In this document: piece by piece, positions 1 to 13,779 of the stretch
Numbering within the stretch: the stretch's first letter is position 1
Layout: every line of letters starts with the position of its first letter
NCBI GenBank assembly: GCA_964411615.1
Contig: CAYPLO010000016.1
Coordinates: 1-28,162 of the forward strand
Source of the DNA: an uncultured Aquificales bacterium
Lineage (GTDB): Bacteria > Thermosulfidibacterota > Thermosulfidibacteria > Thermosulfidibacterales > Thermosulfidibacteraceae
Length of the DNA: 28,162 nucleotides
Direction of reading: 5' to 3'
The notes under the pieces: model-generated
Told to the model about the DNA's origin: nothing
The model's database searches: none
What the model saw: the letters and a program-made list of their open reading frames with translations, nothing else
Program-made: the position numbers and the translations under genes

Positions 1-1
1 T

Positions 2-84
2 GCGGGAGTGGCGGAACTGGTAGACGCGCTGGACTTAGGATCCAGTGCCCTCGGGGCGTGCGGGTTCGAGTCCCGCCTCCCGCA
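2..84 (+). tRNA. tRNA-Leu (anticodon TAG); CCA not encoded
   Basis: Acceptor stem GCGGGAG(2-8)/CTCCCGC(77-83) with discriminator A84. D-loop contains TGGTAGAC. Anticodon stem CTGGA/TCCAG surrounds loop CTTAGGA (TAG at 36-38). Long variable arm, T-loop GGTTCGAGTCC. Followed by TTA rather than CCA. Confidence 0.97.
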
Positions 85-334
85 TTACCTAATGCCCCGG
101 AGGAACCCTTGCCAAACAGATACCCCGACTGGCTACGCCAGGCCCAGAGGGACCTTTAACACGCCAGAATCTGTCTGGAAAAAGGATTCTACGAGTGGGC
201 CTGCTTCTCAGCCCATCAGGCAGCAGCATACGAACTGGATGCCTACTACATACCCACAAGATACCCCAACGGATTTCCCCAGGGAGCACCCTTTGAGCAC
301 TACAGCAGGTGGCAAGCAGAGGAGGCTATAGAGC

Positions 335-3191
<2,857 letters not shown>

Positions 3192-3204
<13 letters not shown>

Positions 3205-4784
3205 ACCATCTTCACGTCTATGATGTTGGGAAGCTCCTTGATTCTCTTCAGCACCTCATCGGGCACCGGGTCGTCCACATTCAGGAGGGCCACAGCCTTC
3301 TCCCCAGGCTTGAACCTGCCGAGCCTCATCCCCGCTATGTTTATCCCAGCCTCACCGAGGATGGTGCCTATGCGGCCTATAACCCCCGGTCTGTCGTAGT
3401 TGGTGAAGTAGAGGATGTAGCCCGTGGGTTCCGCCTCAACGGGGAACTTGTTTATCATGACGATGCGGGGTGCATCCTTCTTTATGAGGGTTCCCGCCAC
3501 AGAGACCTCTTCCCCTGAGCCTCTCAGGTATATCCTTATGAGGCTCACATAACCCTCTGTGGACTTGGAGCGCTTCTCCACAACCCTTATTCCCCTGTGT
3601 TTGGCTATGTACTGGGCGTTGACCATGTTCACACCGTTACCCAGTATGGGCTTCAGTATCCCCACAAGGGCGGCGGAAGTTAGGGCCTGGTAGATTCCCT
3701 CCTCAAGCACCTCACCGGAGTACTCAACCTCCACCTCCTCCATCCTGCCCTCGTATATCTGGGAGACGAGAAGCCCCAGTTTGGTGGCGAGATTCAGATA
3801 CGGCTCGGCCTTGGGGATGAGCTCCGGCTTTATGGAGGGAACATTCACCGCATGCTTTATGATGCCGCGCTTGAAGTAGTCTATAATCTGCTGGGCTATG
3901 GCTACCGCCACCACCTCCTGGGCCTCCCTGGTTGAGGCCCCTATGTGGGGGGTGCATATGACGTTGTCCAGCTTCAGCAGGGGGTTATCGGGAGAGACGG
4001 GCTCCTCCTCAAAGACGTCAAGGGCCGCTCCCGCCAGATGGCCGCTGACCAGCACCTCGTAAAGGTCATCCTCCTTAACTATCCCTCCCCTGGCGCAGTT
4101 TACAAGATACGCCCCCTTCTTCATCTTGAGGAGGCGCTCTTTATTGAGGAGATACTTGGTCTCAGAGGTGAGAGGAGTGTGGACGGAGACGAAGTCCGCA
4201 GTCTCTAAAAGCTCATCAAGGCTTACAAGCCTCACCCCCAAGGATGTGGCCGCCTCTTCGGATATGTAGGGGTCGTAGGCTATCACCTCCATGTTCAGCC
4301 CCTGGGCCATCTTCGCAACGTAAGAGCCTATGCGGCCTATTCCCACTATCCCCAGGACCTTGTTCCTGACCTCAACCCCCATAAACTTCTTCTTCTCCCA
4401 CTTGCCCTGCTTCATGGAGGCGTTGGCCTGGGGAATCTTTCTGGCAAGGGCCATGAGCATGGCCACAGCATGCTCAGCGGCGGCCACGGTGTTGGCACCG
4501 GGGGTGTTCATCACCACTATTCCCTTTTCAGTTGCCGCCTCCACATCTATGTTGTCCACGCCGGTTCCCGCCCTGCCTATCACCTTGAGTCTGCTTCCCG
4601 CCTCAATAATCCGCCTGGTGACCTTGGTGGCGGACCTGACAATCATGGCATCGTAGTTGTCTATGATGGAGACCAGCTCATCCTCCTTGAGTCCGGTCTT
4701 AACGTCCACCTCAAAGTCCTGCTCAAGGCTCAAAAGCTTCACACCCTCATCGGAAATCTTGTCACAGACCAGGACCCTGTACAT
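3192..4784 (-). CDS. serA: D-3-phosphoglycerate dehydrogenase (long type with ASB and ACT domains)
   Basis: Motifs RAGTGVDNID, GIGRIG, NCARGG, TPHIGAST and ACT motif DRPGVIG; 530 aa. Confidence 0.97.
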
Positions 4785-4786
4785 GC

Positions 4787-5929
4787 CTAAACCTCCCCCC
4801 AGAGAATCTCCTGGGCCCTCTTCACACCGGCCCCCATCTCAAAGTTAGTGTAGCCAAGCTCCCTCAGAACACCCTCAACGGCCCCTATGACGCTGAGCAT
4901 GTCAAACTTGGTGACGTATCCCATGTGGGAGATTCTGAAGATTTTGCCCTTAAGCTTGGCCTGTCCACCTGCGATTATCACCCCGTACTTCTCCCTGAGG
5001 AGCTTGGGTATCTTGCCTCCGTCAATACCCTCAGGAACCTTAACGGCAGTAACGGCCTCGCTGGGGGACTTTGAGAACAGCTCAAGGTTCAGGGCCTTCA
5101 TGGCCTCCCTTGTGGCCCTCGCAAGGAGGGCATGCCTTGCAAAGATGTTCTCAAGCCCCTCCTCCTTTATGAGCCTCAGGTTCTCACACAGGCCTATTAT
5201 CAAGGACACGGCAGGGGTGTATGCGGTCTGGTTCTTTGCCTGGCTCTTCCTCTCCTTCTTGAGGTCAAAGTAGTATTTGGGGCACTTGGACTTCTCCGCA
5301 GCCTCCCAGGCCCTATCGCTCAGAGTGATGAAGGCAAGCCCCGGAGGGAGCATAAAGGCCTTTTGAGAGCCACTGACCACCACATCAAGGCCCCACTCAT
5401 CCGTCTTCACATCAAAGACCCCTATGGCGGTGATACCGTCAACCACACTCAGCACCCCCCTGCTTCTACAGAGTTCAGCAAGCTCCCTGGTGGGGTGCTT
5501 AACACCTGTGGAGGTCTCGCTGGCCTGCCAGAAGACGGCCTTCACATCGGGATTCTCGTCAAGGGCCCTCTCCACATCCTCAACCCTGACCGCCTCCCCC
5601 CACTCAACGTCCACATTCACCGTCTCTATGCCGTAGGCCTGGCATATCTCGGCCCACCTCTCGCCGAACTTGCCGCCTCTGACGCAGACAGCTTTATCTC
5701 CAGGGGAGAGGATGTTGGCTACCGCCGCCTCCATGGCACCGGTACCCGAAGAGGCGAGAATCAGCACATCCCTTTCGGTCTGGAAGACGTACTTCAGTCC
5801 CTCTCTGGCCTCCTGGAAGATGGCCTCAAACTCACCGGTTCTGTGGTGCAGGATGGGCTTTGCCATGGCAAGGGACGCCTCAGGGGGCACCGGCGTAGGT
5901 CCCGGAGCAAATAGAAAGTGCTTCTTCAT
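4787..5929 (-). CDS. Class V PLP aminotransferase (serine-glyoxylate/alanine-glyoxylate family; plausibly phosphoserine aminotransferase by context)
   Basis: Motifs PGPTP, SGTGAME, ETSTGV, SQKAFMLPPG (PLP Lys) and FRISHMG. ATG 5929 follows GGAGG. Immediately upstream of serA. Confidence 0.9.
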   Translation of the reverse strand: MKKHFLFAPGPTPVPPEASLAMAKPILHHRTGEFEAIFQEAREGLKYVFQTERDVLILASSGTGAMEAAVANILSPGDKAVCVRGGKFGERWAEICQAYGIETVNVDVEWGEAVRVEDVERALDENPDVKAVFWQASETSTGVKHPTRELAELCRSRGVLSVVDGITAIGVFDVKTDEWGLDVVVSGSQKAFMLPPGLAFITLSDRAWEAAEKSKCPKYYFDLKKERKSQAKNQTAYTPAVSLIIGLCENLRLIKEEGLENIFARHALLARATREAMKALNLELFSKSPSEAVTAVKVPEGIDGGKIPKLLREKYGVIIAGGQAKLKGKIFRISHMGYVTKFDMLSVIGAVEGVLRELGYTNFEMGAGVKRAQEILWGEV

Positions 5930-5995
5930 GATGACCCTCCCCTTGTGCACTTTTTCTCTTATTGGGGCTATGGTTTACCACGAAAGGTAAGGGTA

Positions 5996-6024
5996 TTCAA
6001 CAAGAGATTCCACTGTGTTAATGT
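5996..6024 (+). promoter_or_regulatory. Putative sigma70 promoter, probably for a leaderless transcript
   Basis: TTCAAC(5996-6001), 17-nt spacer, TAATGT(6019-6024) with a TGn extension; 7 nt before GTG 6032; no SD. Confidence 0.4.
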
Positions 6025-6031
6025 GGTTCAC

Positions 6032-6961
6032 GTGGGAAAGATTACCATAGATGGTGTGCTGGCAGGGGTATTCACAGACGGTGAGAACCTCACAGGAACC
6101 ACCACCCTCATATTCCCCCAGGGGGCCACAGGGGCCGCCCTCATACTGGGAGGTGGCCCAGCCACCAGGGGATTCGACTCCTTAAGGCCAGAGGCTCCAC
6201 CCACCAGGATATACGCCTTCACGGTGGCAGGTGGAAGCGCCATGGGACTTGACTCGGCAGCAGGGGTGACCCGTTTTTTGAGGGAGAACCGCATAGGACT
6301 GCCCATAGACCACGAGAGGGTGCCCACCCACGCCACCTGTGTGATATTTGACCTGTTCGTGGGAAGAGCCGTGCCGCCGGACACGAAAGAGGTTTACAGG
6401 GCCTGCCGTGAAGCTGGAAGAGAGATACCCCATGGACCCTACGGAGCAGGGACAGGGGCCACTGTGGGAAAGCTTTACACGGTGAAGAGGGCATCCCCCG
6501 GAGGGCAGAGCTACCTTGAGGCCAACTGTGGCGAGTTCAAGGTGGGATGCCTCTGCGTTGTAAACGCATTCGGGGATGTGGTGGATGGTGATAGGATACT
6601 TGCAGGGGCCACCGACCCCGAGGGCAGGTTCTTCATAGACAGCCACCAGAGCATAAAGAGGGGAGCGGTGAGGGAGGTTCCCTCCATAACGGGTGAGAAC
6701 ACCACCATCTGCTGCATCATCACGGATGCGAAGCTGACAAAGCCTCAGGCCCACAGGGTTGCCACTGTGGCGGCGTCGGGTATGGCAAGGGCCATAAGGC
6801 CCGTGTGGACCGTCTACGACGGAGACATAGTTGCGGTGCTATCCGTGGGAGATAAGAAGGGGGACATCACAAGGCTCGGGGTGGTGGCGGCAGACCTGAT
6901 TGAGCATGGTATAAGGAGGGCGGTTCAGAGAAGCTCCAGAGCCGAAAGGGCCGCCCCGTAG
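6032..6961 (+). CDS. Peptidase S58 / P1 family (DmpA/NylC-like) N-terminal-nucleophile hydrolase
   Basis: Motifs GGSAMGL, GAGTGATVGK, VVNAFGDV, NTTI (putative autocleavage site) and DGD. Start placed at GTG 6032; the ORF track extends into the divergent gene. Confidence 0.85.
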   Translation: MGKITIDGVLAGVFTDGENLTGTTTLIFPQGATGAALILGGGPATRGFDSLRPEAPPTRIYAFTVAGGSAMGLDSAAGVTRFLRENRIGLPIDHERVPTHATCVIFDLFVGRAVPPDTKEVYRACREAGREIPHGPYGAGTGATVGKLYTVKRASPGGQSYLEANCGEFKVGCLCVVNAFGDVVDGDRILAGATDPEGRFFIDSHQSIKRGAVREVPSITGENTTICCIITDAKLTKPQAHRVATVAASGMARAIRPVWTVYDGDIVAVLSVGDKKGDITRLGVVAADLIEHGIRRAVQRSSRAERAAP

Positions 6962-7692
6962 GCGCCAACCAGCTGAGGCTCTGAGGGAACCAGCACCCTC
7001 TCCCCCAGCTCCTCCTCCATCATGGCAACAACGGCCCTGTTTCTCACAACGCCCCCTGAAGCCATGACTGGGGAGCTGATACCGAGGCTCCTTGCCATGG
7101 CCACAACCCTTTTAACCAGCGACCTCACCAGCCCCCTGGTTATGGCCCCTATCTCCACCTCCTGGGCTATGAGGGAGACCACCTCCGACTCGGCAAAGAC
7201 CACACAGGTGCTGGAGATGGAGACCTCCTCTCTGGACTCAAGGGCGAGCCTTCCCATCTCCTCCATGTCAACCTTCAGCCAGCGCGAGACGTTCTCCAAG
7301 AACCTGCCGGTCCCTGCGGCACACTTATCGTTCATGAGAAAGTCAAGCACCTCCCCTTTGTCCCCCACCTTCACCACCTTGGTGTCCTGCCCCCCTATAT
7401 CTATGAGGGTGCCGCCTTGGCCCATGAGACGATGAATACCCTTAGCGTGACAGCTTATCTCCGTAATAACTTTTGTGGCACCTCTAACCAGGCGCCTGCC
7501 GTAGCCTGTGGCCACAACAGGAACCTCATCCTCGCTCCAGAGCTCCCTTGAGGAGGAGATAATCCTCTCCACCTGTTCAGATATGCGGGGGTCTGTGGGC
7601 TCAACGAAGCTCCACACCATCTCCCCACCATCGTTAACCCCCACCACCTTCACAGCGGCAGACCCCACGTCAACACCCAGAGCGGCTATCAA
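6925..7692 (-). CDS. 2-hydroxyacyl-CoA dehydratase activase (HgdC/HadI-like ASKHA ATPase, [4Fe-4S])
   Basis: Motifs [48 protein letters not shown] and GAYGAA; single domain, 255 aa. Confidence 0.93.
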   Translation of the reverse strand: MIAALGVDVGSAAVKVVGVNDGGEMVWSFVEPTDPRISEQVERIISSSRELWSEDEVPVVATGYGRRLVRGATKVITEISCHAKGIHRLMGQGGTLIDIGGQDTKVVKVGDKGEVLDFLMNDKCAAGTGRFLENVSRWLKVDMEEMGRLALESREEVSISSTCVVFAESEVVSLIAQEVEIGAITRGLVRSLVKRVVAMARSLGISSPVMASGGVVRNRAVVAMMEEELGERVLVPSEPQLVGAYGAALSALELL

Positions 7693-9002
7693 AGGCCACC
7701 TCCCTGGTAGAGCATCTCCACAAAGGCATCCAGCCGGGACACAACCTGCTCCTCTGAAAAGGCCCTGGAGTCGTTGTGGTCCGACTCCAGCAGAAGGGCC
7801 GGAACCCCATAACGGTCCATAAGAATATTCCTCTGGTCCATCTGCCCTATTGAGTAGGGCTTACAGGAGCGGTCCGAATGGAGTATCACCCCGTCAATGC
7901 TGAACTCCTCTATCATGGAGGCCATAACCTTCAGTTTATACCCCACCCCTCTGTTCAGGAGGGGACAGATGTATACCCTGGCCATGGATTCCACAGGCCT
8001 TTCCGGCTCTATAAGATGGGAAAGTTCCCCCCATGCATTTGTGTATGTAGAGGCCACCACAGCCACCCCCCTCTCGGCGAGAAACTCAGAGAGGAATCTC
8101 AGTCTATACCATATGGGGAGGTTGTCCCACAGAACCCGCCTCCTCTCGTTAACCACAGCTCCCACACCTCTGGCCACCCTCTCATCAAGTTCTCTGAGCA
8201 TCCCGGCGTAGAAGTCCACAGTCTCGGGCCTTCCCCTCATCTCCACGATAGGGGCCATGTGTATGAACTGGTCAAAGACAGATATGGGAGAGGGTCTGTG
8301 TTTGGCCCTTTTAAGCACCTCCAGCCACAGCTCAGTGGCCCTTTTGCTGAGCCTCATAACCTCAACGAGTCTGTTGTAATTGAGGGACTTACCGGCAATC
8401 CTCTCCGCAACCCCTATGGCCTCCTCAATCTGCCTCTTCACATGCTCAACGGCATGTCCCGGAGGTTCCTCTGTATAAACAAAGGGAGTATCAATGAGGA
8501 CAAAGGGAACACCGAGATAATGGGCAAGGACCCTGTACCAGTAGAGAACGGTCTGACAGATGTTGGTGCAGGCAACCAGAAGGTCGGGTTTCGGCAACCT
8601 GCCCACAGGGGTTCTGCCGGAAAGCAGAGCACCGATGTCCGTTCGTGCGTAAGAGCAGATATCACAGGAATACCCCCTGCTTTCGGCGTATCCGGACAGC
8701 TCAACCGATACTCTCCTTGCCCCGCACAGGGCTCCATGATTCTCGGGGTAAAGCACATAGAACCCCAGAGCCTGCAGAAACTCCACGGGGGCCCCCGACG
8801 TAACCCAGGCCACGGGCCTTCTGCCCTCTGCGTAGCGACCCTCCAGATAGTGTCTGGATACGAGCTCCTTGGTTCTGAGCCCTATCTTCAGGGGAGGCGC
8901 GAGTATATCCGTCCTCCAGCCTCTGGGAGGCCTATAGGTCAGCTCCCCCCACATACGCTGAACTCTCAGGTAGAACTTCGCCAGAAACTCCTGAAAAGCC
9001 AC
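7689..9002 (-). CDS. 2-hydroxyacyl-CoA dehydratase family, alpha (HadB/HgdA-like) subunit
   Basis: WVTSGAP...YPENH, with cluster-ligand-type Cys in DICSYAR, NICQT and RSCKP; C-terminal RLDAFVE. Confidence 0.88.
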   Translation of the reverse strand: MAFQEFLAKFYLRVQRMWGELTYRPPRGWRTDILAPPLKIGLRTKELVSRHYLEGRYAEGRRPVAWVTSGAPVEFLQALGFYVLYPENHGALCGARRVSVELSGYAESRGYSCDICSYARTDIGALLSGRTPVGRLPKPDLLVACTNICQTVLYWYRVLAHYLGVPFVLIDTPFVYTEEPPGHAVEHVKRQIEEAIGVAERIAGKSLNYNRLVEVMRLSKRATELWLEVLKRAKHRPSPISVFDQFIHMAPIVEMRGRPETVDFYAGMLRELDERVARGVGAVVNERRRVLWDNLPIWYRLRFLSEFLAERGVAVVASTYTNAWGELSHLIEPERPVESMARVYICPLLNRGVGYKLKVMASMIEEFSIDGVILHSDRSCKPYSIGQMDQRNILMDRYGVPALLLESDHNDSRAFSEEQVVSRLDAFVEMLYQGGGL

Positions 9003-10081
9003 TAAAGCACCTCCAGAAAGGCCCCTATGCGATTAACCACCTGCTGGCTCAAGGGCTTAGTCGGGTCCACCTCAACGACCAGGGACCTCACCCCTTCCTT
9101 TTCAAGGAACTCCCTCAGTATGGGTATGTCAAAAAGCTCAGGCTCACAGAACTTGGGCAGATAGAATACAACCCCCTTTGCCCCATGCCTGCCACAGAGG
9201 CCAATGAGCTCCTCAGCCCTATCTTTGAGCGAGCTACCCTTAAGCACATCGGGAGGCCCGGAGATGAGATAACGGGCCATACGAACAAAGGGGTCATCCC
9301 CTTCTCCCTCAAACCTGTAAATTCTCCTGTGGCAGCACGCCAAATCGTCAGCCACCACCCTTCCACCAAACTCTCCAATAACATCAAATATCTCCATAGG
9401 TTCGGGAACTATACCGGATACAACTATGGAAACCCCGCCTTTGTCTCCAGAAACCGGCGGACTTTCAAGGGCCTCTTTAAGCAAATGAATAAACTCCTCC
9501 ACAGGCAGATACTCTCTAAGCCTCACGAGCCTGTAGAACTCAAGGTCACCAAGACCAAGCTTTGCCCTTGACCGGTATAGGCTTCTCAGCAAAGAGTTCG
9601 CCTCTTCCTCCCTGAGCTGATGCTCCATAAGGGAATCAGGCGAAGGTTTCAAACCTGTAAACTGGCTTAACTCCTGGTAAAGACCCCTAAGCTCCTCTGA
9701 CAGAAACCGGACATCTGTCTCCCTGTTACCCTTCGGTAAGTAGAAGGTTATCACCCTCTGGGGAATCCCAGCCACATCCCTCAGAAGGCTGCCAAGTCCC
9801 TGAAAGGTGTCGCAGGTATGGGGAACCACCACCAGGTCCACAAGCCTCCCAGCTTCAGACTTCAGAAGGGAGAGGGCTCCATGGGCCATGGGACACACAT
9901 AGGTCTGAAGATGGGAAGAGCTGAGGGAAAAATCCGCACCGGGAGGTCCCCAGACCTCAACCGGCAGTATCCCAAAGGCCCTGAAGATAGCCCTGGGGTA
10001 GTGCACAGGTAAGACAGCCGCAATTTTGCCTCCGGCCTCCCTGAACCTGCGGATAACATCAAGCCTGCCCGGCGCCTTCAC
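9002..10081 (-). CDS. 2-hydroxyacyl-CoA dehydratase family, beta (HadC/HgdB-like) subunit
   Basis: Motifs YVCPM, HTCDT, VADDLAC, KFCEPE and RIGAFLE. Confidence 0.87.
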   Translation of the reverse strand: MKAPGRLDVIRRFREAGGKIAAVLPVHYPRAIFRAFGILPVEVWGPPGADFSLSSSHLQTYVCPMAHGALSLLKSEAGRLVDLVVVPHTCDTFQGLGSLLRDVAGIPQRVITFYLPKGNRETDVRFLSEELRGLYQELSQFTGLKPSPDSLMEHQLREEEANSLLRSLYRSRAKLGLGDLEFYRLVRLREYLPVEEFIHLLKEALESPPVSGDKGGVSIVVSGIVPEPMEIFDVIGEFGGRVVADDLACCHRRIYRFEGEGDDPFVRMARYLISGPPDVLKGSSLKDRAEELIGLCGRHGAKGVVFYLPKFCEPELFDIPILREFLEKEGVRSLVVEVDPTKPLSQQVVNRIGAFLEVL

Positions 10082-11748
10082 TCTGCACTCCCCTGTTGTC
10101 TTTTAATTTCCTCCTCCCTCAAGACTCTCCTCAGAACCTTGCCTATGGCGTTCTTCGGAAGGGAGGAACGGAACTCAACCTCAGAGGGCACCTTGTAGCT
10201 GATGAGATGCTCCCTGAAGTACTCTATAAACTCCTCCTCTGTAGCGGTCTCGCCCTCCTTCAGCACTATGTAAGCCTTTATTCTTTCTCCCTTGTACGGG
10301 TCCGGGATGCCTACGGCGACTCCCTCCTTCACCTTGGGATGCCTCTGTATAACCTCGTCTATCTCCCTCGGGAACACGTTGAAGCCACCAACTATTATCA
10401 AATCCTTCTTCCTGTCGGTTATGTAAAAGTACCCATCCTCGTCCATGTAGCCTATATCACCCGTGTGCAACCATCCATCCTTTATAACCTCTCTGGTCTC
10501 ATCGGGCATATTGTAATACCCCAGCATAACCGTGGGTGTGCGAAGGAGAATCTCACCCTGCTCGCCACATGGCAGGTCTCTGCCGTCCTCCACGGATACC
10601 ACCTTGGCGTAAACATCGGGGAATGGTATCCCTATGCTCCCCACCTTATGCATACCCCTGTAGGGGTTGGCCATAATAGCCGTCACCGCCTCCGTCAGTC
10701 CGTATCCCTCTATAAGCCTCCCGCCTGTCTTCGCCTCAAACTCCTCCTTCACCGCCTTCGTCAGGGGAGCAGCCCCAACCCATATGGCCTTGAGACTCGT
10801 AAAATCATACCTTTCTATGTCGGGAAGGTTGGACAGAGCCACAAGCATGGTGGGAACAACCGCAGTCAGAGTAGGTCTGAACCTGCTTATGGTTTTAGCC
10901 ATAAGAGATGGGCTGAATCTGGGAAGAAGCACCATCTCAACCCCTGACAGAACCGGAGCATTCATGCAGACGTTCATGCCGTAACCGTGAAATAGTGGGA
11001 GAACCGTAAGTATCCTCTCATCCTCATTAAGGTCCCCCCACACCTTTATCATGTGTGCATTGGCAACCACACTGAAATGGGAGAGCATTATACCCTTGGC
11101 AACCCCCGTAGTGCCGCCGGAATAGATTATCAGTGCAACATCCCTCGGGTCCACCCCGGGAGGTTTAAATGGAGAAGTAGACCTGTTTAGAAGCGACACA
11201 CCATCCACAACCTCAACACCACCTCTGGATGCCCTCCACACCCAGAACCTCTCCCTGAACCACTGAACAATCCCAAGGTGTCGGGGAAGGAAGCTGGACA
11301 CACAGAAGTATACGACCCTCTTAACCCCTGTCCTTCTGGCCACATCCAGCACCTTACCCAGAAACATAGGGATGGTCACAACCGCCTTTATGGAGGTGTT
11401 AGTGAAGAAAAACTCCAGCTCCTTAGGGGTATAAAGAGGATTGAGGGGAACGAGAACCATACCGGCCTTGAGCAAACCGTAGTAGGAGATGAGGTATCCG
11501 GGAAAGTTAGGCATAATAAGGGCCACCCTGTCCCCAGGCTCCAATCCAATGGCCTGCAAAGACGAGGCGAATCTATCGGCCAGCTCCTTTAACCTGCCGT
11601 AGGTGATTCTGGAACCGAAGAAGCAGGTGGCAAACCTGTTGTGGAACCTATCGGCAGCCTCATCGAGCATGTGGTATATGGGCACCTCAGGGTAATCCAT
11701 GGAGTGGGGAACACCCTCATCGTAAAACTTCAACCACGGCCTATCCAT
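10078..11748 (-). CDS. Long-chain-fatty-acid--CoA ligase-like (FadD/LcfA family) AMP-forming enzyme
   Basis: Motifs [33 protein letters not shown] and [12 protein letters not shown] 11748 (MDRPW) follows GGAG. Confidence 0.92.
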   Translation of the reverse strand: MDRPWLKFYDEGVPHSMDYPEVPIYHMLDEAADRFHNRFATCFFGSRITYGRLKELADRFASSLQAIGLEPGDRVALIMPNFPGYLISYYGLLKAGMVLVPLNPLYTPKELEFFFTNTSIKAVVTIPMFLGKVLDVARRTGVKRVVYFCVSSFLPRHLGIVQWFRERFWVWRASRGGVEVVDGVSLLNRSTSPFKPPGVDPRDVALIIYSGGTTGVAKGIMLSHFSVVANAHMIKVWGDLNEDERILTVLPLFHGYGMNVCMNAPVLSGVEMVLLPRFSPSLMAKTISRFRPTLTAVVPTMLVALSNLPDIERYDFTSLKAIWVGAAPLTKAVKEEFEAKTGGRLIEGYGLTEAVTAIMANPYRGMHKVGSIGIPFPDVYAKVVSVEDGRDLPCGEQGEILLRTPTVMLGYYNMPDETREVIKDGWLHTGDIGYMDEDGYFYITDRKKDLIIVGGFNVFPREIDEVIQRHPKVKEGVAVGIPDPYKGERIKAYIVLKEGETATEEEFIEYFREHLISYKVPSEVEFRSSLPKNAIGKVLRRVLREEEIKRQQGSAE

Positions 11749-13249
11749 ACAGCTCCTCCAGCTTATCTGCCCTTCTGTACTGTATCGCCTCAAGGAGATG
11801 CTCCCTGCGGATGGGCTCTGAGCCCTCAAGGTCCGCTATGGTCCTTGCCACCCTCAGTATCCTGTGCACGCCCCTGGGGGAGATGGAGAGCCTGTCCACA
11901 ACGCTTCTGAGCAGGTCCTCATCTTCAGGGGAAAGGGCACAGAACTCCTTCACCTGGGAGGGGTCCATCCGGGAATTGAAGCCTCCATCCCCTAGCCTCC
12001 TCTTCTGAATCTCCCAGGCCCTCTGAACCCTCTCCCTGATGACCTCGGATGACTCACCAGCTCCTCCCGAAAGCTCCGCATACTCAACAGGGGGCATCTC
12101 AACAATCATGTCCATCCTGTCCAGGATGGGACCGGAAATCTTGGACACGTACCTCCTTATCTGCTGAAGGCTGCACCTGCAGGTTCTTTTGGGGTGTCCG
12201 TAATAGCCGCAGGGGCACGGGTTCATCGATGCCACCAGCATGAACCGGGCGGGGAACCTGACGGTTCCTGAGGCCCTGGAGACCACAACGTAACCCGTCT
12301 CAATGGGTTGCCTCAGGGCCTCAAGGACACTCCTTCTGAACTCCGGCATCTCGTCAAGGTAGAGGACCCCGTTGTGGGCAAGGCTCACCTCACCGGGCCT
12401 TATCTGTGTCCCACCCCCTATCATGGCCACATCCGAGAGGGTGTGGTGGGGGTTTCTGAAGGGTCTGCGGTTCACCACACCGGATGAGAGCTCCCCCGCC
12501 ACACTGTAGACCATGGTTGTCTCCAGAACCTCATCCCTGCTCATGGGAGGCAGGATGGTGGGGATTCTGGAGGCGAGAAGGCTCTTACCGGTGCCCGGAG
12601 GGCCAAAGAGAAGGAGGTTGTGCTGGCCGGCGGCGGCTATCTCAGCGGCCCTCTTGGCAGTCTCCTGCCCCGCAATATCCGCCATATCTCCAGGGTAAGG
12701 CTCAGGGGCACGGGCTGGGGGAAGCTCAGAGGGAGCCCTCTCCCCCCTGAGCACCTCTATGGCATCAAGGATGGTCTCAACACCGTAGGCCTCAACCCCC
12801 TCAACTAAGGAGAGCTCTGCAAGATTCTCCACCGGCACCAGAACTTTCCCTATCCCCCATCTTGAGGCACCAACTCCGCAGGAGAGCACGCCCCTAACCC
12901 TCCTCACCCTACCGTCAAGGGAGAGCTCCCCCACCACAAGGAAGCTGTTGAGGGCATCCTTTGGGACAACCCCCTCCTCTGCAAGTATCCCCAGGGCTAT
13001 GGGAAGGTCAAAGGCGGAACCCTCCTTCTTCACGTAGGCAGGGGCAAGGTTCACGGTTATCCTGGAGATGGGAAACGGAAGGTTCATGTTCTTCAGGGCC
13101 GAACGTATCCTCTCCTTGGCCTCCTTCACAGATGCATCGGGAAGGCCCACTATGTTGAAGGAGGGAAGCCCCTGGAGGATGTCAACCTCCACCTCAACCC
13201 TCACCGGCTCTATCCCAACCACATGGCAGCTCAGTATCCTTGAAGGCAT
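11741..13249 (-). CDS. comM: YifB/ComM family Mg-chelatase-like AAA+ ATPase
   Basis: Motifs [40 protein letters not shown] and RVARTIADL. Start ATG 13249. Confidence 0.92.
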   Translation of the reverse strand: MPSRILSCHVVGIEPVRVEVEVDILQGLPSFNIVGLPDASVKEAKERIRSALKNMNLPFPISRITVNLAPAYVKKEGSAFDLPIALGILAEEGVVPKDALNSFLVVGELSLDGRVRRVRGVLSCGVGASRWGIGKVLVPVENLAELSLVEGVEAYGVETILDAIEVLRGERAPSELPPARAPEPYPGDMADIAGQETAKRAAEIAAAGQHNLLLFGPPGTGKSLLASRIPTILPPMSRDEVLETTMVYSVAGELSSGVVNRRPFRNPHHTLSDVAMIGGGTQIRPGEVSLAHNGVLYLDEMPEFRRSVLEALRQPIETGYVVVSRASGTVRFPARFMLVASMNPCPCGYYGHPKRTCRCSLQQIRRYVSKISGPILDRMDMIVEMPPVEYAELSGGAGESSEVIRERVQRAWEIQKRRLGDGGFNSRMDPSQVKEFCALSPEDEDLLRSVVDRLSISPRGVHRILRVARTIADLEGSEPIRREHLLEAIQYRRADKLEELYG

Positions 13250-13779
13250 CTCCTCTCCCTGAGTTTCCTCAGGTAAAGCTCCCTCACCCTGTTGAAGAAT
13301 CCTATGGCGAGGGCATCCCTGTAGTCGGGGTAGGTCCACTCCAAGGGGCGGAAGGTTCCCCCGCTGTATATGAGGGTGACCTCGGCGTATATACCATTCG
13401 CCAGGTATATCCTGTGGGCGTAACCCTTGGTGGTGGCAAGGACCAGCTGGGCCTCCGCCACATAGCCGGGGTCCAGATTCACCTGCCTTTTGCCAGCAAG
13501 TGAGAACTCCTCCTCCAGCTGGTTGGTCTCAAGCTTTATCCTGGATATGGCCTCCCTCTTCACAGGCTCTTTAAAGGATACAAAGAACTTCCTCAGCCCA
13601 TCCCCCATCTCATCCCTGTAGTAGGAGGTGTAGTGGTCAAAGAGGTACTCTCCGCTTTTAAGCTCCACAGGACCGTAAAGCTCCTCCAAGGCGAAGAGGG
13701 CCTCCCCCACATCAAAGGAGGGGGAGTAGGTGATGGCACATATCAGGTTGGCAGGGGCAGGCTCCTTAGGTCTGCCCAT
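13231..13779 (-). CDS. Conserved hypothetical protein, DUF4416-like
   Basis: Motifs T.YY..EMG, R.VNLDPGY, LATTK..HRIYL and WTYPDY recalled for this family; coupled to tyrS. Confidence 0.75.
   Translation of the reverse strand: MGRPKEPAPANLICAITYSPSFDVGEALFALEELYGPVELKSGEYLFDHYTSYYRDEMGDGLRKFFVSFKEPVKREAISRIKLETNQLEEEFSLAGKRQVNLDPGYVAEAQLVLATTKGYAHRIYLANGIYAEVTLIYSGGTFRPLEWTYPDYRDALAIGFFNRVRELYLRKLRERRCLQGY

Noticed and set aside
8..331. 107-aa ORF starting MAELVDALDLGSS
   Set aside because: This is a translation of the tRNA-Leu gene plus an off-frame reading of the HEPN remnant.
6925..10081. Benzoyl-CoA reductase or plasmalogen synthase
   Set aside because: There is only one single-domain activase, no ring-cleavage genes and no PlsA-type fused architecture, and the alpha subunit has a HadB-like YPEN. 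Disfavoured, but not excluded without a phylogeny.
11741..13249. comM interrupted by a mobile element
   Set aside because: comM is a known integration hotspot, but this copy reads full length with all motifs and no recombinase nearby.
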